DNA from: Octopus sinensis
Lineage: Eukaryota
Direction: 5' to 3'
Assembly (NCBI RefSeq): GCF_006345805.1
Contig: NC_042998.1
Coordinates: 17,484,001 to 17,548,000 of the forward strand
DNA length: 64,000 bases
Shown here: one piece after another, positions 26,344 to 38,456 of the stretch
Layout of the letters: each line of letters starts with the position of its first letter
Position numbering within the stretch: position 1 is the stretch's first letter
The notes under the pieces: model-generated
Database searches by the model: none
Told to the model about the DNA's origin: nothing
What the model saw: the letters and a program-made list of their open reading frames with translations, nothing else
Translations under genes and position numbers: made by a program

Positions 26344-27466
26344 TTTTTAATCAAACTTATTCTTCAACTAACACGTAATTTGATGTTACCTGTCATCATT
26401 TCCGGGTCGATATAATAAGTACCAGTTGGACACTCGAGTTAATGTAATCGACTTAAGCCCTTTCCTCAAACTGCTGATCTTGTGCCAAAATTTGAAGCCA
26501 GTATTAATTATATAACACAATTTGGAAAATGAAACGCAAGTGTGGATCCCATATATCTTCAAATACAGTCATTGATTACTATCATTTCATCAAGTTGTTG
26601 AACTATTCACCTTGTAAATTTCAGATACTGGCTACCGAAACCATTTCATGACGGGCATCTTGATGTTTTCCAGACTAGGAGAAATTGAAACCACTTCTAT
26701 ATGTAATTCTCCTCGTACAAGTGGCATGTATTTCCTGACGTATTACAATATTTGTTTCCTAAAGGTGGTTGTTTCAAAATTCTTTTCTGAAAACTATCGA
26801 AAATTATTCATTTTTGAATAGATGTCAGCTAATTCGATATTTGTTCTTCATGATGTAATGCCTTTAATTTTTAATGATTTTTTTCAATTCTTATGTAGTA
26901 GTTTCATTATTTTCTACTTCTGTAACTCGTTTAAAGTTTGTCCAATCAGTCTGTGTAATCTTTTGACTACAATTGTCTTTCAATTTGTTTGTAGATTTCA
27001 GTCGCGCAAGAGCCATTTCTTTTGAAATTAATTTTTTTCTATTTCATTCCAGAATCTTTTACCTCTTGGAATGAATTCTAAAAATACCATCGTTAAACGA
27101 TGCGATTTATGTGGTTTAATTAAGGAAGAAAAAGATGAAGCATGTAAATTTTGATTACTCTCGTGACATTTCAACTCATTCATCTTCCGCACATATTACA
27201 TTTATAGTTCAACAACTTCATGAAATGATAGTAATTAATGACTGTATTTGAAGATATATGGGATCCACACTTGCGTTTCATTTTCCAAATTGTGTTATAT
27301 AATTAATACCGGCTTCAAATTTTGGCACAAGATCAGCAGTTTGAGGAAAGGGCTTAAGTCGATTACATTAACTCCAGTGTCCAACTGGTACTTATTATAT
27401 CGACCCGGAAATTATGACAGATAAAATCAAATTACGTATTAGTTGAAGAATAAGTTTGATTAAAAA
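26344..27466. repeat. 263-bp inverted repeat (26344-26606 / 27204-27466), 597-bp spacer
   Basis: Manual alignment shows 8 substitutions and no indels. The arms contain a SINE-A central fragment plus non-SINE flank. Confidence 0.92.
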
Positions 27467-28537
27467 TATGTATATGCATTTGAAATGCATCAGATAAAAT
27501 AACGAGTTATTTTCTATAGTAAAACATTTAGATTATGACAAATTTATGTTGTACCATGGTTTCTGATTAGTAATAATACGGTGGTTTATGGCAGCAATAT
27601 ATATTCTGCTGAATATCTTTTATTGTGAACGATTTATGGGCAAGAATAACAAAACCTCTGTGAAATTTTGCGTTATAGTACTAATTAGAATGTACTAAAA
27701 TTGTAGTATTATTCATATATTTGAATCAAACACTTTTCTTTACGCCTTATAGTCATGTCACTTTTGTTTGGCCACTACGCACTCTACAGTGAGAAATTCC
27801 TTTGCATGCACCTAAATTCAAATTATTTTTCTGCTCCCTTCTTAGATCCCATTACATCTAACAAATGAACTCATTTTATCGTTCACTTCTTTGTCAGTTT
27901 TTATAGATCTTTCCTGGTAATATGTGAGTACCAGCAGCTAAGTTTCGACACGTTTATTCACACTCACACACACTCTCTAATACACCCTGTCGCGTAAACC
28001 GCCGAACAATTACACGCATACCAATATCTTCTTTATTACTATTAAGCAGCACATTCGTATTGCTTGCCCTGAAAGTAATTTACACACACATATACGCATC
28101 ATCAAATCATTCGTACATGTTTCTCACTTGTGGCAGCTTTGTGATTAAAAAACGGTCTGAAACCACCGCCTAAACACTTTCTTTTTTAAGGACCTCAACA
28201 CACTGACAGTGTGGCTTGCATCACTTATTTGTTTTAATTCTGCCTACCTTCTTTTCTCGGTTTTAATTGTTTATTTTTAAGTTTTGGAAATTCATGATTT
28301 TTTTTTCTTTACATTCAATGCAATGACTATTTTACTTTCTGCTCTCCTAAGCTTCTCTTTATTGTTCTAACGTTAGACAAACATAAACATTAACGCACGG
28401 ACATTTTAAATTTCAAGCGATAAATTAATAACACCTATATTCATCAATATAATTTCTTCTTAATTTTGTGACTTTTCAGATTACACACACACACACATAC
28501 ACACGTACACACAAATATATCTATAAACTATCCTGAT

Positions 28538-28604
<67 letters not shown>

Positions 28605-28639
28605 CAAAGTGGAGTTGTTGGGTACCGCACGAGTGGAAT

Positions 28640-28926
28640 TATATACGAAGAAGGTTTGAAAATGCAATTTAAAAGATGTTTATTTACTTTACCGGTTTCA
28701 CTCTTTGGAAAAAGATTGTCAAAAGTAACATGTCGAAGTTTGGTTGCGTTAATTATTGGTTGTTGCAAACCAATAATTATTGCGTTAATTATTGGTTGTT
28801 AACAACTAATAATTAACGCAACCAAACTTCCACATGTTACTTTTGACAATCTTTTTCCAAAGAGTGAAACCGGTAAAGTAAATAAACATCTTTTAAATTG
28901 CATTTTCAAACCTTCTTTCGTATATA
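28640..28926. repeat. Zero-spacer palindrome with about 120-bp arms and a central dup-inv insertion
   Basis: The centre is at 28800|28801 (ttggttgtt|aacaactaa). The arms differ by 2 substitutions and 1 indel. Confidence 0.92.
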
Positions 28927-28927
28927 T

Positions 28928-28961
<34 letters not shown>

Positions 28962-28972
28962 CACGCACACTA

Positions 28973-30237
28973 CAGGTATTCATAGAAGATTTGCTGTGAC
29001 CCACTTCCGGTCATTGCAGGGAACGGGACTTGTAAAGGTATGATCATACATGTTTCGACATGTTACATTGCAGATTCCAGTTTATCGATTAGTATTCAGC
29101 TGTCGTTTACGGCTGCTGAATGGACTAAGGTGTTATAATGGAGGTTGTTCAATTCAGATCTGTGACCAGGTTCTTACACTTGAAATGTCGTACATCAAAA
29201 GAGACTTTCGATGAGATTAAATAAGTTTATGTTGACGATACAACATCATGCAACCTAGTCAAGCCCTGGCATCCTCTGTTCACATGTGGTCAGATATTGG
29301 GGAGACTGCTCCTATTCCTGGACGACCACATTCCGCCTATGGTGCCGACACCATGAATAAACTGGAAGTCGAAGTTTTAGAGGATCGCCGCGTAATTATT
29401 CGGCAACTAAACCAAGAAGTGAACATAAGTGTAGGTTCCTTAAAAAACATCATTCACGAATACTTCCACACGTTAAAGTTGTCTGCACAATGAATTTCCT
29501 GGATGTTCTCACCTTTTCAGAAACAGGAACGAATCTATTGCTCTCAGGCTCTTTTGACAATGTGCGAAGAAAGCGAGGACCTTTTCGACAGACTTATCAC
29601 ACAGGATAAAACAGGGATGCATCCCTATGATCCGCAGACTAAAATCCAGTCGAAGCAATGGAAAGTTGATAACTCACCACCACCAAAGAAGGCTCGCGTC
29701 CAACTCTCAGCAGGCAAGGTGATGCTCACAGTCTTTTGGGACCAGAGTCGAGTCGTGATGATAGACTTCCTAGCAAATGGAACCTCAATTAACTGGTCAT
29801 CTTATGCTTCTCTTCTGCAGAAATTGCTTGCGGGATGCCATCAAAGCCGTGAGGCATGGCATGCTGAGAAAAGAAGTCCAGCCCCTCCAAGACAACGACC
29901 CAGTTCAAATTGCGCATGTTGCCTAGATGAAAGCACACTCCTGCGGCTGTGAAATCCGTACTCATCTCCCTTACTCTTCCTACGTTGCATCATCTGACTT
30001 CCAAGATTATTTTGAAGGGGAAGCACTTTTCGGATGATGATGAACATATTTCCGCGGTAAAGCCTTGGCTCCAGACGCAACCTGCCGACATCTACAGATG
30101 AGATCTTTACAGTTGCATAAAGCGATGGGAGAAATGTATCACCATTGGTGGTGCATACGTTGAGAAGGCCTAATAAAAGTTTCGTTTATCCTAGTCCTGG
30201 GAAAGTGGGTCAGAGGAAATCTTTAATGAACATCCCT

Positions 30238-30239
<2 letters not shown>
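28973..30239 (+). mobile_element. Full-length but decayed mariner transposon with both TIRs
   Basis: The 5' end tacaggtattcatagaagatttgctgtgacccacttcc resembles the reverse complement of the 3' end gaaagtgggtcagaggaaatctttaatgaacatcccttgta. There are TA flanks and the length is about 1.27 kb. Coding remnants are MEVVQFRSV, PIPGRP and DRLITQDKT..HPYDPQTKIQSKQW..SPPPKKAR..SAGKVMLTVFWD..VVMIDFL. Confidence 0.9.
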
Positions 30240-30275
<36 letters not shown>

Positions 30276-30782
30276 CTCCTTTATACTCATTAAACAGCAC
30301 AGGCGTATTCTTTGCCCTGGAAATAATCTATACACATATATACACCGCACAAACACATTAATACATGTATCCCACTTATAGCGGCTATGTGATAAAAGAA
30401 ACAGTCTGATTCCAGCGCCTTAACCCTTTCTTTCTCACGTATCTCAACACACTGATAGTTTGGTCTATATCACTTGTTTGCTTGATTTCTGCCTACGTTT
30501 CTTTCTCAGATTTCAATTCTTTTTATTTTTCAGTTCTGGAAATTCGCGAGATTTTTCTTTTACATTCATTGCAATGACTATTTCTCTTTCCTTAACCCTG
30601 AGCTTCTCTTTATCGTTCTAAAGTAAGACAAACATAATAAATATTAACGCAATGACGTTTTAAATTTCAAGCGATGAATTAATAACACCTTTATTAATCA
30701 ATATAATTTCTTCTTAATATTTGTGACTTTTCAGAATACATACCCACGTATACATAATACATACATATACACACACACACGC

Positions 30783-30858
<76 letters not shown>

Positions 30859-30912
30859 TATGTATGTATATATATATGTCTGTATATATATATTATATAT
30901 ATAATATATATA

Positions 30913-30947
<35 letters not shown>

Positions 30948-31493
30948 ACAATATAATAAATAAAACATATGCATACATACATATATGTACATACCTACAT
31001 CTATATGTATATATACATGCATATATGAGTACAGGATACCACAAATAAACGTAGAAGACAACGAGAAACGAAAACATAAAACCAAACAAGGAAACGGACT
31101 TTTTTTAACAACAAAAAAAACAGAGTACAAGACAACCAACACAAGGAACATTCCCCTTCTTCAGCTGCCCCTGTTTCGACTCAATGCATGTTTCGAAGGT
31201 AAGGGCAGAACACGATCCGGCCGAAGCAATCCTTCCCGCAAAATGAATTAAATAAAAAATTTTGCGGAGGGATTAAAAAAGTGACAAGAACAGGGCGTAA
31301 AGGCAATACAAATGAAGCGAAAAAAACAGTAGAAATAAGGAATAAAAACAGTAAAAGACAGGACAAGGAAACCAACAATAGGGGCTTTTTTTAGCCTATA
31401 ATGTGGAAAAATTCGTTAGAACGCATTCTGAAGATCGGCTTGCGGAAGACAGAAGAAAGCCGATGTTGACATATATATAAATAAATAACAAAC

Positions 31494-32082
31494 GAAAGAC
31501 AGAAGATGGAATTTACGAGAATATATTATTAATCACAACAATTGTTTCGACACATCTAGCAGTGACTCCTCTTGTGATATACACAGAAACTTGTTCAGGT
31601 GTATCCGGTGGTGCAGACGTGTCTCGTCGCGTGATAAGTACATAAAAAATATCGTTAAAGTGACTGTTCCATAATGCAACTTGCCGTTTTGTAGAGAGAA
31701 AAACAGATAGAGGGGGAAAAATTATTCATACATATAGAAGATCCGAAAATAAAATTGCAGAAGACAAAAAGAGAAACGAACATTTAATCTAGCGATTCGT
31801 TTCTCTTTTTGTCTTCCGCAATTTTATTTTTGGATCTTCTATATCTATGAACAATTTTTCTCCGTCTGGCTGTTTTTCTCTCTACAAAACGGCAAGTTGC
31901 AGTATAGAACAGACATTTTAACGAGATTTTTTATTTACTTCTCACTCGATAACATACGTCTGCACCAACGGATATTCCTGAACCAGTGTCTGTGTGTCCT
32001 ACAAGAGGAGTCGATGCTAGATGTGTCGAAACAATTGTTATGTTGAATAATATATTCTCGTATATTCCATCTTCTGTCTTTC
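31494..32082. repeat. Diverged foldback: about 287-bp arms, 15-nt loop (31781-31795)
   Basis: The arms are colinear reverse complements, roughly 85-88% identical by eye. Confidence 0.9.
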
Positions 32083-32177
32083 ATGTGTTATTTACATAAC
32101 GATCACTCTAAAAGTGACTGTGCTTTACCAGTAAGCTACTAGGTGTAAACCATTCGTTTTATTATCCATATGTATAT

Positions 32178-32374
32178 CTCTCTTTACTCTTTTACTTGTT
32201 TCAGTCATTTGAATGCGGCCATGATGGAGCACCGCCATTAATCGAGCAACTCGACCCCGGGACTTATTCTTCGTAAGCCCAGTACTTATTCTATCAGTCT
32301 CTTTTTGACGAACCGCTAAGTGACGGAGACATAAACACATCAGCATCGGTCGTCAAGCAATGCTAGGGGAACAA

Positions 32375-32409
<35 letters not shown>

Positions 32410-32573
32410 AATATATACAACGGGATTCTTTTCAGTTTCCGCCTACCAAATCCACTCACAAGGCTTTGGTCGGCCCGAGGCTATAGTTGAAGACACTTGC
32501 CCAAGGTGCCACGCAGTGGGACTGAACCCGGAACCATGTGGTTGGTAAACAAGCTACTTACCACACAGCCACT
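32178..32573 (-). mobile_element. SINE family B, full length
   Basis: Reverse complement of 47300-47725. Confidence 0.9.
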
Positions 32574-32705
32574 ATATATGTATATATATATATATATATA
32601 ATATATATATATAATATTAATTAGAGACAAAACCACTATTTTGCAAAACAAACAAGGAAAGACTTAATCAATACATAAAATTTTAATAAAAAGTAAAAAA
32701 AACCG

Positions 32706-32749
32706 CCACTACAATTGTTTCATGTCTGCAAATGACAATCTTCAGGTGG
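32706..32749 (-). ncRNA. Minimal type I hammerhead ribozyme at the 3' terminus of the Penelope-like element
   Basis: Minus strand: ccac CTGAAGA t tgtc atttgca gaca t GAAA caattg T A gtgg. Stem I is ccac/gtgg, stem II is tgtc/gaca, stem III is the palindrome ACAATTGT and the cleavage triplet is GUA. Confidence 0.85.
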
Positions 32750-32949
32750 ATTTCCGATCTAAAATATCAATATTTTAAAATATAAGTTTAAAAAATAATT
32801 TTAAAATAATAAAAGTATCAATGAAAAAATATAAATATATAATCTATATATAATCTATATATAATCCATATATAATCAATATATAATCTAAAATAACCCT
32901 ATCAACAATTAAATATAAAACAAAATAAAAATAAACTATATATACACAT

Positions 32950-35300
32950 ATACGCATACACATATAACTAATTATATAAACCATATCTACATACATACAC
33001 TAACTCACACACCTATATATATATCCCTATACATACACATAAAAACGTCTAGGCAACGATAATAAATAAAATAGCCAAATACTTCAACACATTACTTATT
33101 CATACTCCCTCACCACACATACAACCCACATACATAAACAACATACATATACCCGCTCACACATACATATACATACATACAGAACTCGATATATACACCA
33201 ATATATTCACACCCCCATCTATACAGATAAATAAATTACGCAAACAATCACACACACACATACACACATTCACACATACATAAACACTCAAAAGAAAAAT
33301 AAACAATTCTTTGCACGTGGTGATCGAACGTTTTTTAAATTATGAATGGAATAATATATAATCAACGTAAATATACAGAATTTACTCCAAATCATTAATA
33401 AACCATCATGATAAATGAAACCCATATATACATATAATGATAAAACTCCCTTACCATACACAATTATACCTATATAGCAATCTCCATATATACATTCACA
33501 CACAAATACACATACGTAAAACACACACACACAACATATACGTATACCCCCTCACATATACATATACATACGTACTAAACTCGATATATACAACAATATG
33601 TTCACACCACACTCATACAGATAAATAAATTACACAACCAAAATACGCACACACACACACATTCACACATACATAAACACTCAAAAGAAAAACAACATTA
33701 CTACACATAATACGATATATAAAATACTTCATAAGTAACCAGAATATCATAATTAACAAGATTAACATAAGGAGAAAAAAATATACATACTTTCAAATCA
33801 GTTTCAATTTATGAAGTGAAATTAAACTCTAGCCGTTATAACGTCAAACAAAATTACGTTACCATAGGAACCTAACATATGTATAAAAAGTTTTCGCGCT
33901 CTGTAAACGAACGTCATTTAAAATTATGAATGGAATGAATGGAATTAAAAATTCTTTGCGCATGGTAAACGAACATTACTTAAAAATTATGATTGGAATA
34001 ATGTAATAAAATAACAAACATCTTAAATAGACATAAATTACTACAAATTCTTTAATAAAACTACCATGATAAACTAAAACTCATAAATACATATAATGAT
34101 AAAACCTCCCTTTACTAAACACTATAACATACCTATATAGTAATCCCCCTAACCTATACATTCACACACAAATACACACACGTATACCACACACCCACGA
34201 CATATACAAATACCCACCCCACTCACACATACCTATACATACGTATAAACCTCGATATATACACCAAAATTCACTCCCACACCCATACAGATAAATAAAC
34301 ATATACATCCTTAAAAATGGGTGCAATCTCACGCACATCAATCATGCATGTATACAAGTGCATACACAAGCACACACTTTTACATAGCACCATGCACTCC
34401 CACATCTACACATTCACTTATACACGCGCACACATGCACACACACCCATGCAACATACATATTCACGGCCACTCTCCTAGACATCCAAATATACGTATAA
34501 ATGGCTACAAAACAATACCCAATAAAAAAACTACCATGAACAACAAACCAAGCTATAATGCATGGGGACTAAAATACTAAAAAATTCTAATAAAATAATC
34601 ATGATAATGAAATCCATACATACAAATATAAAGATAAAACCCCTTACCAAAACACAATACACACAAATAACACACACATATATACACACACCACAAACAT
34701 AACCATATACACACTCTCATAAACATATACATACGTACAAACCTCGATATATACACCAATATATTCATTCCCACACTCAATAAATTATTAAATAAATACA
34801 TATACAAACATAAACATATATATATATAAAATATATATATATATATACATTCACACATATCATCACATACACATATATATAAAAAACAGTCTTTCAAAAA
34901 AGTAAATAAATATTAATATATTTATATTTATATATGAGTGTGTACATGCAGACGGGTGCAAACACACGCACATTCAAAAGATTCATGTATACAAGTGCAT
35001 AAATAATCCCACTCAATTACATAGCACTCATACACTCCCGCATCTACACTTGCACTTGTACACACGCACACATGCATACACACCCATACCTACATATTCA
35101 CGGACAATCTCCTAAATATCTATATAAACGTATATTATAACAGACAATACCCAAATAAAAACTGCCATGTTCAACATACCAAATAAAAGACAAAGGGATC
35201 GTAAACATTCACACATACATACAAAACTCAATATATACACACTAAATACACCCAATCATCCATAATAATATACCTCAAATATACATATAACATATACATA
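32950..35300. repeat. Degenerate A/C-rich tandem repeat array (several-hundred-bp irregular units)
   Basis: The marker (a)ctcgatatataca..ttca..catacagataaataaa recurs at about 33183, 33578, 34248 and 34740, and weakly at about 35225. Confidence 0.75.
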
Positions 35301-37086
35301 ATAAAAATACATAATAAAATAAATAAATAATAAGTAAATAAAATAAAATAAATTTAATATAAATTATAAAGTTTTAACGTACCATAAACTGTTATATATT
35401 AATATACATTAACATGAACTAATTAAAACAAAGAAATATCAATTAAAGACTAACTATAATTAAAGCCTAAACTACATAACTAAAGATATATAATACTCTA
35501 AACTAAATTTAATATTAAACTAAAGTAACCTTTAATAGGGAACTATTATTGTTATTTATCATGAAACTTATTATATAGGTAAAGTAACCTATGTCTGCAT
35601 TTTATTTTGCGCTCTTCACCTGTATTAAGTAAATTATCATACTTATAAAATAAAATTTCTTTAAACTCATTAGAGCATAAATAACACAATTCGCTCCTAT
35701 AGTATATGATTTAGTTTTACAAATTATTCCCCAAATTAACTATAATTAATATTTTGTGATTTTAGTCTCCAAAGGTACTTACTAAGTCCAGTTGAGCTGA
35801 TTAAGTTTTTATTTTTAAAAGAATTCATATGTTGTGCGATTCTTAATTTTATTTTTGAGGAAGTAGACCCTATATAAACCGCTTTTTGGTAATTATTATT
35901 CTTAAAGTTATTATCATGTAATGTAACTATACATTTATACACTACATCGTTAATATCACAATTATTATTTAATATACATTTAGATTTATCTCTACAAGTA
36001 CAATTAATATAAGTCTTATCATTATTATTATTATTATCAAATAATTTATTATTATAAAAATTATTCAGTTTAAATTTATTAAATGAAGAAATAATGTTAC
36101 CTACATTATTAGTGGTGGAATAACCTACTCCAAAATTATTACTAGAGAAAATGTTTCTATATTTACGATTATCTCTAATAAATAGTTCTATAACATCTAA
36201 AATCTCTTTGATAATATTCGTTTTTACTTGATCACCATAAGGAACTATTAACCAAATTTTATTCTTATTAACCTTATTATTATTGTCATTATTATAATAT
36301 ATTTATAATTCTTTATCTTATAAAAGTATTATCAGAATTATATCTATGTACAGCATTTAAGGAATTATTAATATTATTATTTTATCAATATTATTATTAT
36401 AATTATTATTAAATTTATTTTTATCTTTATTATTCTTATTTTTATTATTATTATTATTATTTTTATTCTTATTTTTATTTTTAATCATTTTTATTATTAT
36501 TTTTATAATATCTATTTTTTTACCACTAATACTAACAAAATTATAATTATTATTATAAGTATCTCAAAATTATCATTTAAATCTTTATCACTAATATTAT
36601 AAAATTTAATATTCCTATTATAACCTGCCCCTCTAAGGGCCTCATTATAATAATAGCATGTTTATAAAAATCTCTATATCATAAGAGAGTAATGAAATAC
36701 GTTTACTTATATTATTAATCAACGATTTTTTAATAGAAATTGGGTGATTACTATTAACATTTATATATCTAAGGTTCTCATTAAGTTATGATATGGTTGT
36801 GTTTTACCTGTAATTAGATTAAAATTAACATCTAAATAATTAACATTATAATTCTCCTTATATATAGTAATACTTAAAACATATCTTTTAAAGAAACTAT
36901 ATAGTTTTTTCTTATATCCTTCTAGATTCCTATTAGTAAAATTCTTTGTAACTAGTAGAAGATCGTCTCTATATAAGCCACCCTCTATCTTAAGATTTTC
37001 TAATTGGAGTTCAGATAAAAGAAAAATACCTACTAAATCAGTAGCTTGTGCAGAATCTGGTGCTCCCATAGGTATATCATAATATA

Positions 37087-37120
<34 letters not shown>

Positions 37121-37989
37121 CATAATATATATATACATATATATATATATATACATAATGATTTGCCTTGCAATAGTCTCTTCATCTTCTAACGTGGGCT
37201 TCTGCATAATTATTAAAATCCCATGTCACCTCTGCTGTTTCCTTCGTCAAGTGTGGTGTTGAGACTGAAGATCGCTGATTATATAAATGCAAATCTTACA
37301 TTAAACTACCCCAGTCACACGCGGTAAGCCTGAACTTAGTTATGGCAGATACAAGTCAAACATTACGGAGTAATGTCTGTATGTTTGTGTCTTTACGGCT
37401 TCAGTGACGGAACAAAGGAAATAGAGTGTCATGTCTACATATGAATGAGAAGAAACTAAAACAAAATATAAGGAAAACTTAAAGTAGATCGTTATATTAT
37501 GTGTTTGTAGGAGTGTGTATATAAAGTGGATATTTGCACAGTCGAACGATTAAATAGCTGTGTTCGCTCCAGTTTGTAGGATATCGAGAACAACACTCTG
37601 AGCAATGAATCACGTCAACGCATTCCTTGTGAAAGAAAGTAAATAGATAGAAACCTGGCGGAATTGTGTAGGGAGGAATGGTTTCTGTAATTCAAAGAAA
37701 GTAACTGATCGCGCATTTCCGAAGCAAGTGGGTATGGAATAATGAACCACTTAATGTGAATACAACGAGGATAAAATACAGTTCATTGTGCAACGCATCC
37801 ATTATTGCTGAAATAAATGATGAGCCTTATACTTTTTTGCATACACACGTGTAATTATTTGAAGATGTTTTCTTTAATTACAGGTGTTAACCTTATTATA
37901 TATGCAAGAAATCATTATCAAAAATATAGATATACACATACAGAATTATACAGACACAGATAAACAAACGCGCACACACATTCATCAAA

Positions 37990-38250
37990 CTTTGCCTCTT
38001 CTCTGGTTGATATTCTCGGGGTGGTTGTCATGGGGGTTAAATCCTCAGGCAATTCTTCCAAAGGGTCTTATCATTAGTAACACTCTTTAGAATTTTTCTG
38101 CTGGATTACCAAGCGTGACCAAGTGACACTTTGGATATGAGCCATCTCTTTCTTGGTCTGCTCCTGGGTTCGCTGACTTGGCTTGAAAAGTTTGTCTTGT
38201 GATTCTTTCCTGCAAAGTTTTTATAGCATGTCCGTAGTAGCCAGCACCTA
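37990..38250 (-). mobile_element. Possible RTE-clade LINE 3' fragment
   Basis: Minus strand gives PRSRPRKRWL...LKSVTNDKTLWKNCL, resembling the RTE GRPR.RW..VA.DR..W terminus. Confidence 0.45.
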
Positions 38251-38298
38251 TAACTCTAGCATTCAGTTCATCCTCCTGCCGTCTATCAAATCAACGCT

Positions 38299-38331
<33 letters not shown>

Positions 38332-38333
<2 letters not shown>

Positions 38334-38417
38334 CTATTCCTGAGCGCTATACTAATACATTTGTTTGTTTGTACTCCACCTGCCTTCGTCTTTTGTTTAT
38401 TTTCGTAAACTTTCCCG

Positions 38418-38420
<3 letters not shown>
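38332..38420 (+). mobile_element. Partial copy (3' part, no HHR motif) of the (TA)n-embedded subfamily 1 element
   Basis: ttcctgagcgctatactaatac..ccacctgccttcgtcttttgtttattttc..ttcccgttatata matches 19320-19407 and lies inside (TA)n. Confidence 0.8.

Positions 38421-38456
<36 letters not shown>

Larger units (their letters stand above)
28022..30740. repeat. Diverged direct duplication (about 28022-28485 and 30271-30740)
   Basis: Colinear similarity throughout, for example caatgactattt..agcttctcttta..agacaaacataa..tttaaatttcaagcgat..atcaatataatttcttcttaat..tgtgacttttcaga. Confidence 0.8.
32610..37080 (-). mobile_element. Penelope-like element (5'-truncated RT, GIY-YIG endonuclease, long repetitive 3' region, terminal HHR)
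   Basis: Minus strand gives DIPMGAPDSAQATDLVGIFLL..GGLYRDDLL..NYLDVNFNL (RT), then NSNHPISIKKSLINNISKRIS and KIWLIVPYG..KTNI. These are followed by YKCIV..YIGSTS..RIAQHMNSF..STGLSKYLWRLK (GIY-YIG) and C.LC..E..LLN..KCRH ending at about 35575. Both flanks are (TA)n. Including the 32.6-35.5 kb non-coding part in the element is inference. Confidence 0.85.

Noticed and set aside
31140-31215. Minus-strand GAAA...GTC...CTGAAGA arrangement (type II HHR-like) in a TA-flanked element
   Set aside because: Stems I and III cannot be paired convincingly in this copy; a family consensus would be needed.
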